From: Cycas panzhihuaensis
Taxonomy: Eukaryota > Plantae > Cycadophyta
Length of the DNA stretch: 64,000 nt
Assembly (NCBI GenBank): GCA_023213395.1
Contig: CM041465.1
Span: 93,255,741-93,319,740, forward strand
Direction: 5' to 3'
Below, in pieces: positions 38,145 through 50,700 of the stretch. A program made the translations under genes and the position numbers. Under the pieces are notes generated by a model. It was not told the origin of the DNA and made no database searches. It saw nothing but the letters and a program-made list of their open reading frames with translations. The stretch's first letter is position 1. Every line of letters starts with the position of its first letter.

Positions 38145-41100
38145 TCATGTGTAAAACTTCTTAAAGAATTTCTTGTTGATCACCTTCTTAAATTCCAAGC
38201 CTTCCAAGGTAGCGATCCTGTAGGCATCATTGTCGAGACTTTCGAGAACAACGAAGGGGCCTACCCATTTAGGCCCAAATTTGGTCAGGCAATCATAGAG
38301 ATATTCTAATTTGAGGGCATGGTCCCCAGGGCATAAAAGACGAGCATGAAGATGTTTATCGTGAGTCCTTTCTAGGCAGACTTTCAAAGCGAGGTTCGCT
38401 TGATAAGCCATTAAGCGCCTCTCATCTAAGGCTTCGAGATCTAGGAGACGAGCCTAGCGGATAGACTCCTTATCCATGAGACCTCGAAGGGAAACCCATA
38501 GAGAGGGGATTTCCACTTCTAGTGGGAGTACCGCCTCGGTTCTGTAGACTGAAGAGAATGGAGTCATTCCAGTAGCCGTGCAGATAGAAGTGTGATAGGC
38601 CCACAGCGCGGAAGGGAGTTGGAGGTGCCAATCTCTTTAAGATTACACAATGGTCTTCTTTAGAATATTGATAAGGGTTTTGTTGAAGGATTCAACTTGC
38701 TCGTTTGCCTAGGGCTAATAAGGGGATGAGGTCTTATACGAGATCTTCAATTTCTCACAAAGCTCGTCCATTTCCTTGTTATAGAAGGAAGTTCGATTAT
38801 CCGTAATTAGGACATCTGGAATCCCAAAATGGCAAATGATATGCTGGTTGATGAAGGTGGCTATCGTCTTGCCAGGCATAGTGGACAGGGGTATTGCCTC
38901 TGGCCATTTGGTGAAATATTTGGTAGTAGTTAAGATGTATTTATATTGTGCAGAAGATGGCGACAATATAGCACCAACGAGGTCTAAACCCCATTAAGAA
39001 AAGGGCCACGGAGATACGATAGGGTGCAAAGCCTCGGAAGGCACATGAGAGATATTGGCGTGCTCTTGGCATCACCGACATCTAAGGGCATAGGCACAGG
39101 CATCCTTGAAAAGGGACGGCCAGTAATAACCCATGCGAAGGATCCTTTGGGCCATAGATTGGCCCCCAAAGTGGCCCCCACAAACGCCATGGTGGCATTC
39201 ACGGAGTATTTGGTCTGCTTCATCAGAAGTAACGCAGCGAAGCAGGATCCCATCGAAGGATCTCTTGTACAACACTTCATCTACGAGGAAGTGTTGTCTC
39301 GCGGTGGCGCAGATGCGTGACCTAACCTTATTGCTAGCTTCAAGGCAATATTCCTGTTGAGACAAATATCGCATAATGTCACCATCCCACTCGCTATCAG
39401 CGAGTGGGTGACGAGAAGCACCTTGGATGGTCAAAATAGACTCGCCAGGAAAAGAGTCATCAATGGGAATATCACTCGCATTGGAAATGGTAGCATCAGC
39501 TAATTGTTTTGCCACTATCATTCCCTTCTTCGACTTCCTATTAATGACTTGCAAGTTGAACTCTTGAAGTAGGATGGCCCAATGACCTGCCCTACCTATC
39601 AAGTCTAAACGAGTAAGCAAGTAACGCAAGGGATCGGATTGAACAATCACCTTGGTTGTATTGCTAAGCAAGTAATGCTTGAACTTCTTAGTCGCATGGA
39701 CCAAGGAGAGGCATTCCTTCTTGGCAGGAGGATAGTTTAGTTCAGTGGTAATGAGGGTGCGGCTAATGAAATAGATAGCTCTCTTGGTTCCCGAGTCATC
39801 TTCATGTGCGTGCATTGCGCCTAAGGATTCATCGGTTGCTGAGGTGTATAGGATGAAGGGCCTATTGAAGTGAGGAGATGCCAACATAGGGGCAGAAACA
39901 AGAGCTTCCTTGAGTCCTGCAAAGGCTTGTTGGGTCTTGTCAAACCAAACAAATGGGGCTTCTTTCTTCAATAGGTTGGTAAGGGGTTTGGCGTTTATGG
40001 CGAAGTCTGCCAAAAAATGCCTAAGGAAACTGAGCCTTCCTAGAAACAACTTAATCTGTCGTTGGGTTCTAGGAGGCAGGATGTCAAGGATTGCCTTAAC
40101 TTTTTATGGATCGATTTGGATTCCTTGCTATGACACAAGGAAACCCAAGAGTTTGCCTGAAGTGACGGCAAACACACATTTGAGCAAGTTCAAACTGACA
40201 TGATACTTGCAGCATCGTGTGAAGATGGCTCACAAGTTAGAGGGATGATGGGTTGTGGTATGCGAAAGACCCATCATATCATCCATGAAGACCTCCAACG
40301 TGTTGTTGATAAGATCGTGAAAGATGAAATGCATGGCTCTTTGATAAGTAGCCCCTACATTCTTAAGACCAAAGGGCATTACCTTGTAGGCAAAGGTACC
40401 CCATGGTGTAGTGAAGGTTGTCTTGTGGTAGTCTTTAAGAGAAATCTGGATTTGGTTATAGCCGGAGAAGCCATCCGTTAAGGACATAACTTCAAATCTA
40501 GCCATATGATCGATTATTTGATCGATAAAAGAGAGAGGAAAGTTGTCCTTAGGACAAGCATTGTTTATGTCGTAGAAATCGACACATATGCGAATGGTCC
40601 CATTCTTTTTGGCAACAGGAACAATGTTTGATACCCACTTAGGGTAATCGATGGAAGAAATGAGTCCCACGTCCAAAAGCTTCTCAACCTCCATCTTAAC
40701 GGTCGCTGAAAGCTTTGGGTGGAGGAGACGCTGCTTCTAACACATAGGGTGAGCATCAAGAATAGTCGTAAGGTTGTGCATGACGATGGAGGGGTCAATT
40801 CGCTTCATGTTGGAGTAGTCCCACATGAACACATCATGGAATTCCTGGAACAGGAGGGAGTATTCCCTCACTTCATCAGGAGTACATTCTGCCCCTACCT
40901 TAATGATCTTGCCTGGGGCGAGGACTATGTCCTGAGTTGCTCCCATACACATAGCATTCCCCTCCTCAAAATGGAGGGGGGCAAGATCAACAGGAAGAGA
41001 TGAAACGGGAGAAGGGACTGGGTCAATTAGTATGGACCTAATCGCTAAGACCTTCTGGTGGCCAAGCTTGTGGTGACCAGAAGGTAAACTAGGCATGGAG

Positions 41101-42230
41101 CCAGCTAAGTGCTCCAGTAAAGCCTCATCATCCTCGAAGTAGTCCACCCCATGGATGACCTGACTTCGAATGGGCGAGGTGTGGGATGGCATGGGAGTAA
41201 TAGGACCGGTATGCCTCGTAAGCTATCCAACATCCCTAAGGGACTCTAAGGGAGAGTCAAGGAGAGATCTCTTATAAAAAGTAAGAGGGAAACTCTCGAT
41301 GCCATCACTCATGGAAGGTGATGGAAATGGAAAACCAGGATTCTGCTTACCAACACTAGCAATGGTATGTGACACGGGAGAGTGATAGGGTTCTGTGATA
41401 AAAGGAGTCCTAGGTGGAGACCTAAAATGAGAAGAGTGCCTCCTACCAGGGCGAAGGAAGCAAATAGGGTGAGGAAGGTGCTCATCCTCACTATGGGACC
41501 TGTCACCATCAAACATGGTGAGGTATCCATAGCTTCCAACGCCAATGGGGGCAAAGCAAGTCAAATCAGAAGAAGAAGATGTGGGGTCTTCTTTGTGGCA
41601 AGAGGGATCAGGGATACCGATCGAACAGGCCAAGGCATGATTAGAAGGGCCTTTAGTTCCCTTCATATGGCCATGGCTCACTTGGGTAGAAGGTCTAGTT
41701 TGTTTTGCGAGTGGTCACTCGTGGGAGATAACTCTCATTTGTCTATTATGGACAAACTTAAGTTGCCCCCAATGGGTGGAACACACAGCTCCCATTTGGT
41801 CAAGCCATGGTCAACCCAGAAGAAGGGTGTAATCAACATCAACATCGAGGACAACAATGTCGGCAAGGACAATCTTATCCTCGAGGGTAAGAGGTATCGA
41901 GACAGATCCTAAGGGAGTCTTCTCGCTACCATTGTAACCCTGACATCACCATGGAATAGGTTCCAAGGTAGAAATGCCAAGCTCTTGCATGATGCGCAAG
42001 GGCATGGCATTGACAGAAGAACCATTGTCCATGATAGTTCTTCGCACTATGCAATCAAGAGTATCGATGGTAATCGTGAAAGGGAAGTTCCATTAGAGTT
42101 CCCTTCCACTGGCTAGAGGAAGATCTCTGGGATCGAAGGAGATGATAGGTTCGCTAGTTTGTGTTGTACCCAAAGTGTGAACAGGCATATCATTCGATCC
42201 TAAAGCTTCCAAGAGGAGCGTTCGTTACTT
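38145..42230 (-). pseudogene. pol of the Tat-like element (protease, spacer, RT, RNase H, integrase), broken by stops and frameshifts
   Basis: RRTIMDNGSSVNAMP near 42030; ORF 40230-40694 (RT; MPFGLKNVGATYQ, FMDD); 39072-40049 (RNase H and HHCC); 38715-38966 (LITDN); 38145-38411 (KFGPKWVGPF). Confidence 0.95.
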
Positions 42231-44791
42231 AGGGCAGCTTCTCAAGATGTCCATGATGGACATCCCGGCAGCCACGGTAAGAAGCTCTTCAACCACGGAG
42301 AAAGGGTTACCCTGCCCTGTGGGTTGGTTAAGGGTTCTCCTAAAGTCGAAGCGATCGGGGCAGACGGGAATGCTCTTGGGAAGCGCAGGAATCTCCAGAG
42401 GAATGGCTTCCGAAAGAGGATCGAGGTGCAATGTAGATGTCGAGGCACCAATTGCCTCTTTTGTGACTTGAGATTGAGTCAAAGCGTAAAGGGGAGTGGT
42501 CTCAAGCATCTGAATCACCTTCTTTCCCTTGTTACGGGACCGCAAAGGCGAAGGAGCATGGTGGTCAGGGGAGCGCAAAGAGGAAGATAAACCTTGCGCA
42601 CCCTTCCCTCTACCATGCGAAGGATGAGAATCAGGGGATCTATCTCGATTCTGGTTGTTTCTTTGTTAAACATTACAATCACGCTCCCCATGTTTGGGGA
42701 ACGAATCTGTATGAATGGGTTGATCAAGATTAGACCTCGATGCCCGTCTAGGAGACAAATCACGTGGCGGGGCATCACGTGGGTGTTACACCTGACAATG
42801 CGAGTCATTGTGAAAACATTCCCCGTGGATGGAACACCATCTCTTCTCAAGGGGAGGATCGACTCTCCTTACTTGAGAAGGTTGGGTGCCATCCCCTTTG
42901 GGGGGAACGACATGAGAAGCTTGTTGAATTGGTTTATGGGAGGTTGGGGATAAAGGGGATTGGAGTTTAAGCTCCTTCATCATGTACTCGAATGAGCGTA
43001 TAGTGGAAGTAAGGGAGTTTAAAGTCCTCTCAGTAGGATAAGAGGTAAACCTAGCAGGTTGCGAAGGTTTGGTTTCCTTTGCTGAGGGAGGTGCCTCACG
43101 ATGTTGTGAGGGCTTAAGAGGCCTTTTGAGTCTAGCTTGGATCTTAATAGCCTCTAATGCTAAGTACTTTGTGATGGCAGAGTCGCATGTGGTTGCCCCC
43201 ATTTTGAGGACTTCCACATGTACTTTGGGGTGAAGTGCATTAACGAAAAGATCTCGTTTCAACTCTTCAGGCAACGTGGCCTTGGTAGAGTGAAGGAGAT
43301 CATGGAATCGCCTTACAAAGTCATAATTCATTTCATCATGACCTTGTTTGAGCGAAAGGAAAGCTTTCATTCTGCTCTCGAATAGACGGGCTACGTCAAA
43401 ATAATTGACGAATCCGTCCACCAATTGTTGGAATGAATAAATAGAGTGGGTAGGGAGACAATAGAACCATTTAAGGGCGTCACCCTGCAAGGATTGCAAA
43501 AATAGCTTCATTAGAATGTGGTCGTAAGCCCAGTAGTCTATGCACGCCATAGAGAAACTACGCATATGCTCAGCTAGGTCTTGCAACAAAGTTTTGTCGA
43601 ATTTGAGAACTTCAGAAGGGTGAGGTGGCAGGTTAGTCCTTAGCACCTCAATGGACAGTGGCGTTGACCTGTAGTCCATGAAGGGACATGTCCTTACAAG
43701 GGCCAAAGGATCGATGAACAGTAAAGAAATAGGAATGGATGGGGGTGGTAAACCCATCCCTCCTTGGGGAAATACCTCTTACTGGAAGGGGGGTTGCGAA
43801 TAAATGCCTTAGAAGGGAGGCACGTTCCCTTGCGAAGGCGTGGCAATAGGAGTTGTGATGGATGGCAAAAACAAAGGGTGCAGGACCGAATTCTGCCCAT
43901 ATAGGCCACCCACGGGTGGCGCAACCCCGTATGGGTGCAACGGGTCTACCCCATAAGCTGGAAGATGGTTTCCCCTACCCTGCCCCTAAGGTTGAGATGC
44001 ATAACCTGTAAGGTGTAAAGGGACAGACCACCAGATGGGTTTTGACCGTATGTAGGAGTGGGCCCCACATAGTTAATAGCAGCAACATTAGTAGGACCTC
44101 GAGGCCTACTAGGAAACGCATGTGCCACGTTTGAAGGTGGCGCATTCGTTTGACTCAGGAATGACATACTAACCCCAAGTTTTGGAAAGGACACGACATG
44201 AACAGGCCCTGAAGAAGCAAGACCGTGGCTAGGAATAGATGGTGCAACACTTGTCCTGGGAGCCAGTGTAAACACGGCATGGGACAAGTACCCACGGGTA
44301 GAAGAGTCATTTATTATAGGAGGCACATGTGCAGATGAAGAAGGCGCTACACCATGCAAAACTTCTTCAAACCCCCTGGGATGTGCTTGATGGCAAGTTG
44401 CTCGAAAGTACTCGCTGAGTGCTTTGACCACGTCAGTAGAAGGGGTATCTTCGTAGCCATATGAGGTTGATGGGATCTCGAATGTCAGGGACCCCTCAGG
44501 GCATTCTTCATAAGATTCACCAATAGGATGGTGAGTCTCGTGAAGAGGCGAGTCTTTTACTGTGTGAGCAAAAGGATGAAGGTCAGAAGGGTGAAACAGG
44601 TCACCCAGATAATAGATAGGATCATCACCCTTATGGGTGAATCCTGGAATAAACGCAGGAAACTCTTGAGTTCTCGAGACCATGGTGTGGTAAGCCCAAT
44701 CAGACTGGTAACCTTCTATTGTTGAATCGGGATCTGACGACGGAAGGGAATAAGGCGATGGGTCTTCTAATAATGGTGGCAGACCTTGCAA
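42225..44791 (-). pseudogene. gag of the Tat-like element with a long Pro/Ser-rich N-terminal region
   Basis: ORF 42786-43757 (LMKLFLQSLQGDALKWFY, LKQG, WCSIHGECFHNDSHC knuckle); ORFs 43946-44791 and 42225-42578 flank it on the same strand. Confidence 0.88.
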
Positions 44792-44965
44792 GCGACGTGA
44801 GAAACGTCACATGCAACACCTTTACGAGCATTATTAGAAAAAAGTAAAAGGGGTATGAAACAAATATGTTGGGGGCTGCCCAACTGAAAAGCAAGATAAG
44901 AAGGCTACTTAAAGGCAAGAACACTAATGAAAAGGGGAAGTAAAACTAGTTCCCTTACTGGCAGT

Positions 44966-44983
44966 TCCCCAATATGGTCGCCA
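44966..44983 (-). other. Primer-binding site (TGGCGACC..., probably tRNA-Arg type)
   Basis: Minus strand TGGCGACCATATTGGGGA begins 1 nt after the LTR end TTCA. The tRNA identity is recalled from Tat/Ogre elements and not verified. Confidence 0.85.
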
Positions 44984-44984
44984 G

Positions 44985-47549
44985 TGAAACGCTTGCCGTG
45001 GGGTAGTATCCCTATGTTTAGCAAGAGGACTAGTTATGCAAGATTAGGTTGGGCTAAATAGCAAGGACTCATCTCGTAGGGCATCCGTGTACCAGAGCAC
45101 AGATTCAGGACCTACAGACGTGTCTGGTTGCTTTTAGGTAGCTACACAAGGTGAGGCCTTCCTACCCCTCGGATGGCCAGGAAGAGGAGGAGAGAACTTG
45201 GCACATTGTATCTTCTCAAGGAAGTGAGAAGGCAACATGACAATGGGAATGTATGTAAAATGTGGCGTCTAGGTGTAGGCTGACCAAAGAGGCAAGGTAT
45301 GGGTAGTTCTAACACGAAATGAACTATCTAAATATGTTAGACTAACCACTAGATAAAAGATATGCAAAGCAAAAGTATGTTCTTTTCCTCTTTCAATTTC
45401 TTATGTGTTTCTAACTATGCAAGCATATGCATAAAGTACAACATCATAAAGGAAACATGCAAGGATAAGGAAAATACCTGGACTTGGCGTTTGAATGGAG
45501 CACTATGCATCTTTTCGCTTCCCACTTCTTCCTACTCTACTTGTTGTGCATGCGATACCGGTTGGCCATGGATGCCGTGAACGACTGAAGAGGGGCTAGC
45601 TCACCTCCCTAATATGTGGAAAAAGTGAATGATAAATAACAGAAAATGACAAAAAACGTCAAATATGGAACTAACCTGTAATGGGTTTATTCCACACGCG
45701 ACTCCACTGATGCGAGATCCTATAAATCGAATAGACGAGTATCTCCCTCTTGGAAGAGGGGCCACAAAATAGATCAAGTATATGTACTAAACTTAGAGGA
45801 AACAAAATCAAACTAAGCTAAGCATATATATTATTATTTGATGAAACAACATTCAGCAAAGTTCCCGCAAATAGTTACTGCAAATGACACCCAAAATGAA
45901 GAGTATAGCCTCAAAATGGTTAACTCACCCACAAGAAATCTCCACTTAGTCTCAGGAAAGGGAAACAAACTCACAGTAAGGACATGGGGGCAGCGAATAA
46001 TGAGAAAGAAGAGGGTAACTAAAAGGTATGCAAACACCCAAAGAACGAGATGTTATGGACAACAAATCGTCCAACTGGGCGGCTTGCAAACTGTTAACCA
46101 GCAGGAAGCAGTTTTGGGGCTTATGCAGTGCCTAAAACCAATAGACAGAAATCTAAAACCAGCATGACAATGGGCTGCCAACGCTGATTTAGATCTAGAA
46201 AAAAGCCTCCAAATTCCCTAACCTGACTTCTAGAAAGGCACAAAGGTGCAAAGGGAGAGAAAGTAAGGGACGGAACCCTTGGGGAGAAGGGCAGCAAGGG
46301 GGACTAGCCCTGCCTTCTTCCCTCTAACTTTCCCTATGTTATCCCCTTGTAACAGCCACCTAAAAGCAGGTTGGCAGGAATGATGAGGGAGCTCTATGGT
46401 GCAACAAGCAAGAAAGTTAAAGATAAACAAGCATAGCAACCAAAAGGCACATAAACTAGGAATTTACTCACAAAAAATAGAAAGAAATAGCATGTATTTC
46501 AAAGTGAATATGAAGGTACCTTGTTGTGAAGAGAATAAACATGAACTTGCTAGAAAATGGCATGAAAAAACCAGCATCTAGTAAGATATGATGGCAGGTT
46601 TGGAAGAGGAGAGAAATGTGAGAATGATCCTGTGAGTTTAAAGCCTTTGAAACTTGTCTTTTTGGGAGACTTTGAAGAAGATCCTCCTTGAAGCCTTGAA
46701 GACCTGCAAATAGATGTAGAGCTTACTGTTCGTGAGCAATAGGGGCAGCAATGGTGCCTGGTAATGAGCCAGCAGCTGTGTGTATCTCTCTGCAATAGTT
46801 TTCTGTGGAGCATTTTGTATAATTCTATGTAAAAATGAGCAAAAGATTCTTGAAAATAAAGAGGAAGTTTTGTTTTATCCCCTGCTCACTGCAGGTAAAC
46901 ATTGGGGATCTCGTGGGTCGCAAATGTGGGTGCCACGCGTAATTCTCGTGAAAAAGCGTAAACTATCGATGATTTTTTAAAATTTCAACAGTCCCCACAA
47001 GAACTTCGCGGTACCACGATAAAGATCACGGTACTGCTAAGTTTACAGCGGTATGAGACTGGAAACAAAAAATAAGTAAATATAAGTAGAAATAAGGGTT
47101 TGGAGCTAAAATTAAGAGTAAATTAAGGCTGAAACAACTAGGGGGAATACCCAGGTGATGGGCAAGTAGCCAAGAAAGTAAACTGGGTCTTAACCAAGGA
47201 TTCAGTCAAACTTGGAAGAGACTGCAACACGAGCAGGGTGTCGTAATAGGGGCGAACATGATAGGCTGAAGCATCCCAAGGGGTTGTGGAGATGAAGTGG
47301 GTGGTTGTGCACCATATGGGGTATAGCATTCGCTGCAGAATGCCCCCATTGTGAGTCGTCATAGGCTGAAAGCGTGCTATAAGCACATGCGATATGATCA
47401 AGCAAAGAGGTAATGCAGGCAGGCAAGCATGCATCAGGAAGTCTGTATTAAATGACCTCAGACAAGTAAGAGTAAAGAGAAGTGAGAACGTATACCTGAG
47501 CTTACCTGAGTCGATGCGTCTCGAGTCCATTCCCGGTAGCCGAGAAACA
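44985..47549 (-). repeat. 5' LTR of the Tat-like element (2565 bp)
   Basis: TGAAAC...GAAACA; direct repeat of 30826-33392; adjacent to the PBS. Confidence 0.95.
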
Positions 47550-47776
47550 TAATGTTACCAATGTTATTATCAAATAATAATATACCCTCAATTTATCATC
47601 TTATTTATGACATCATCATTTTCATATAAACCATGCTCATAAGCATTACCTAACTTCATAGTAATTTGCCCACTCATGCCCTCATTTGTATGCTATCATA
47701 ATTCATATCTTAACATACCTCATTTATTGTTACAAACGACTTTATACCTATCTTAGTTTGTTGCTCATCATACTAT

Positions 47777-50700
47777 ACAAGTAGAGGCATATGAAGGCGT
47801 TGGACTTGAGCATGCAGACTTGAAGGTCTGGAGGATGGATTGGGAGCTGGGTGGAGATAGTGTGCTTAGGCTTCATCGACATCAAATAAACCTTATTTGG
47901 AAAAGGAGAGAATGGACCTATAGCTGGCTTAGGAGGAGGCAAGTGCAAATAACAGAGTTCTATTTTCAAGAGGGAGAGGCTTGTGATTTACTTTAGATGG
48001 AAGTTTTATGTGTTATTTTTTAGATCATAGAGGAAGCTTTTAATAGAAATATGGATTCCTTATTGAATTAATCAAAATAATCACAAAACTTTAACCAGAC
48101 CCATACCCCTATCAATGGTAAATTATACCTAAAGGCACTAAGAAATGAACAAGTAGAGATATTTGACATAAACCCCATTATAGATGAGGAACAGATTAGA
48201 ATCATGGTACCTAAAAGACTATATAAACGAATGGAGAAACATTAGGGGAACAATTTAGTGGGTCATTTTTTAGGCCCTAGACTGGGGGTAGATCCCATAA
48301 GGAAATAGGTGATCCAGAGATGGAAGTTGAAAGGCCTAATGGAGGTTATAGCACTCCCAAAGAAGTGTGTGATTTTCAAGTTTAGGCTCAAAGAAGATAT
48401 GGTAAATGTTTTGCTAAAATCACCCTAGATGATGGGGAGGAAGGTGGTACTCATGGAGAAATGGCACCCAAATTTTGATCTAGCTGAGGGATCTATAAAG
48501 CAAATCCCTCTTTGGGTTCATTTTCTAGCCCTCCTTCTTTAAGCTTGAGATATAGATGTTATCAGAGGGGTAGAAAAGGCCATAGGACCTCTCTTGGTGG
48601 TGGATTCAGCCACAAAGAATAGGAGTAAATTAGTGAATGCTAGGTTTTATGTTTTGGCTATAACTGACAAACCCCTCCTTGAATCAGTGATAATTGATGG
48701 GTTTAGGTAGAATAGGGAACAGAAACTAATATACGAGCTTGAGAATGTGAGATGTCTAAAGTATAAATGTTTAGGTCACCTTCCTCATAGCCATTTAGGG
48801 GACCTAAGGTTAAATCCTCCAGTGACCTATGATGACAAGAAAAAAGAAGTTGAAGAGCAGAGTGGCCCTAATGAAGGCTTTGAAGAGGTAAAGGGAATGA
48901 AGAAACCTAATTATAGGTTGGACAGAAGTCAAATCTATTAGAGGCTATGAAAGAACCAAACCTAAAAGAGGTAAGACATGACCTAAACTTGGATGAGGAG
49001 GATACCCTCTTCAAAGAGGAGGAGGGTGAACATAGGCCCCCCCTAGATCTTACATAGACCTAACCTGTAGAACTCTAGCTCAAAAATGTAAGTAAGGAGA
49101 TTACTAAATACATCATAAAGATGATGGACCCTCCTTAAGGGGCATGAGGACCCTCCCTAGATAGACAAGAGGAGCATAAGAAACTTGAGAAGGTCTGGAG
49201 GATAAGATATAGGGCTCCAAGAAGAAGCTAAGGAACTAGATCATATAAAAGGTCCTAATTTCAGAAGTGAGAAGAGGCCTAGGAGGCCTTCATTGAAGGT
49301 GGTTTGAGAGAGGGAGGTAGCTCTTTAGATAGACCAAGGGACACAATGTACCTTAAGGGATGGAGGAGGAGGGAAGGGTCCCAAACTAAGGAGCAAAAGA
49401 TGCTGAGGTTCGGAAGGGAGGAGGAGGAGTTAATATAAAACTTACCTCCTAGAATATATAGGATATAAATGCCCCATCAAAACATAAAATAGTAGAAGAG
49501 CTACATGTTCATAAGGAGTGGATATTCTCCTTCTCTAAGAGACCAAGTTGGTAGCTGGTAATAGAGAAAAAATCAAGAATAAAGTATGGATGGAAGTTGA
49601 GTGGATTATCTCAGATCAAAATAGGGGCTTAAGTGGTCTAGCCACCATGTGGAATCCTAAAGGCTAGGAGGGCCATTAATGTTATATTGAGGATCACTTT
49701 ATATCCAGTTAGTTGACCTGTAAAAAAATCAAATAATAAGTAACTAGTATCAAATATATATGCCCCCCTAACATAGGAGGGGAGCAACCAACTGTGGACT
49801 AGGCTATTGGAGATCCATAAGGAGTGGACAGGGCCCTGGTCGATTACTGGGGATTTTAATATGACGTTGTCTCTTAAGGAAAAGAAGGGTGGTCACAGTG
49901 GGTGGACAAAAAGCATGGATGATCTAGGGGATTTCATGAAGGAGGGAGGCTTGATGGATGTCTCCCTAAGAGGTCCCAAGTTTACCTATTCAAATAGAAG
50001 ATTGGGTGCTAATCATATTTAGGTTAAATTAGATAGAGTTTTAGTAAACTATTCTTGGGCAAGTCAACACAGTAATATCATCCCAGAATCCCAGCCAAAG
50101 TTAGTCTCGGAGCACTCACATCTGGTATTAGGATGTGATGAAATTAAAGGTCATATGGGAACCCCTTTCTGCTTTGAGTTGATGTGGACAAAAGACCCAA
50201 GCCCTTGAAATCTAATCATAAAGTGGTAGAAGATCCCTATTTAAGGATGTGTGATGTTCAGATTTTCAAGAAAACTGAACTGGGTGAAGCGTTAGGTTAA
50301 AGATTAGAATAAGAGATCCCACAGGGATATCTTTATCTTAAAAAACTAAATATTAGAGGAGTAAAGGTGCTAGAGGAGAAAATTTAGGAGGAAGGAGGTC
50401 ATTGTCCCTTGACTAGAATGAAAGAAACCTCCTTTCCAAATTGGAGGGATTTTTTATCAAGGAGGAAATTTTCTAGAGACCAAAGTCAAGGGCTTTATGG
50501 TTGGATGAGGGAGATAGAAACACAAAATTCTTCTATATAACAACCTTGAAATAAAGAATCTACAATCAAATTAAAATTTTGATTAACAAGGATGGGGAGT
50601 AAGTTTCAAAGCAGAAAGCCATTAAAGACACAGTAGTGGATTAATTTAAAGATTTATTTAATGAACTACGTTACATGAATGAGGGGAAGCCAGGAGAGAG

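Larger units (their letters stand above)
30826..47549 (-). mobile_element. Structurally complete Tat-like Ty3/gypsy LTR retrotransposon (16.7 kb), order gag-PR-RT-RH-INT then a downstream extra RNase H
   Basis: Two ~2.57-kb LTRs, PBS, PPT, near-TSD GAATG (30821-30825) versus TAATG (47550-47554), and all pol domains in the ORF track. Confidence 0.95.

Noticed and set aside
39024-44725. Numerous plus-strand ORFs opposite gag-pol
   Set aside because: Antisense shadows of coding sequence with no domain signatures.
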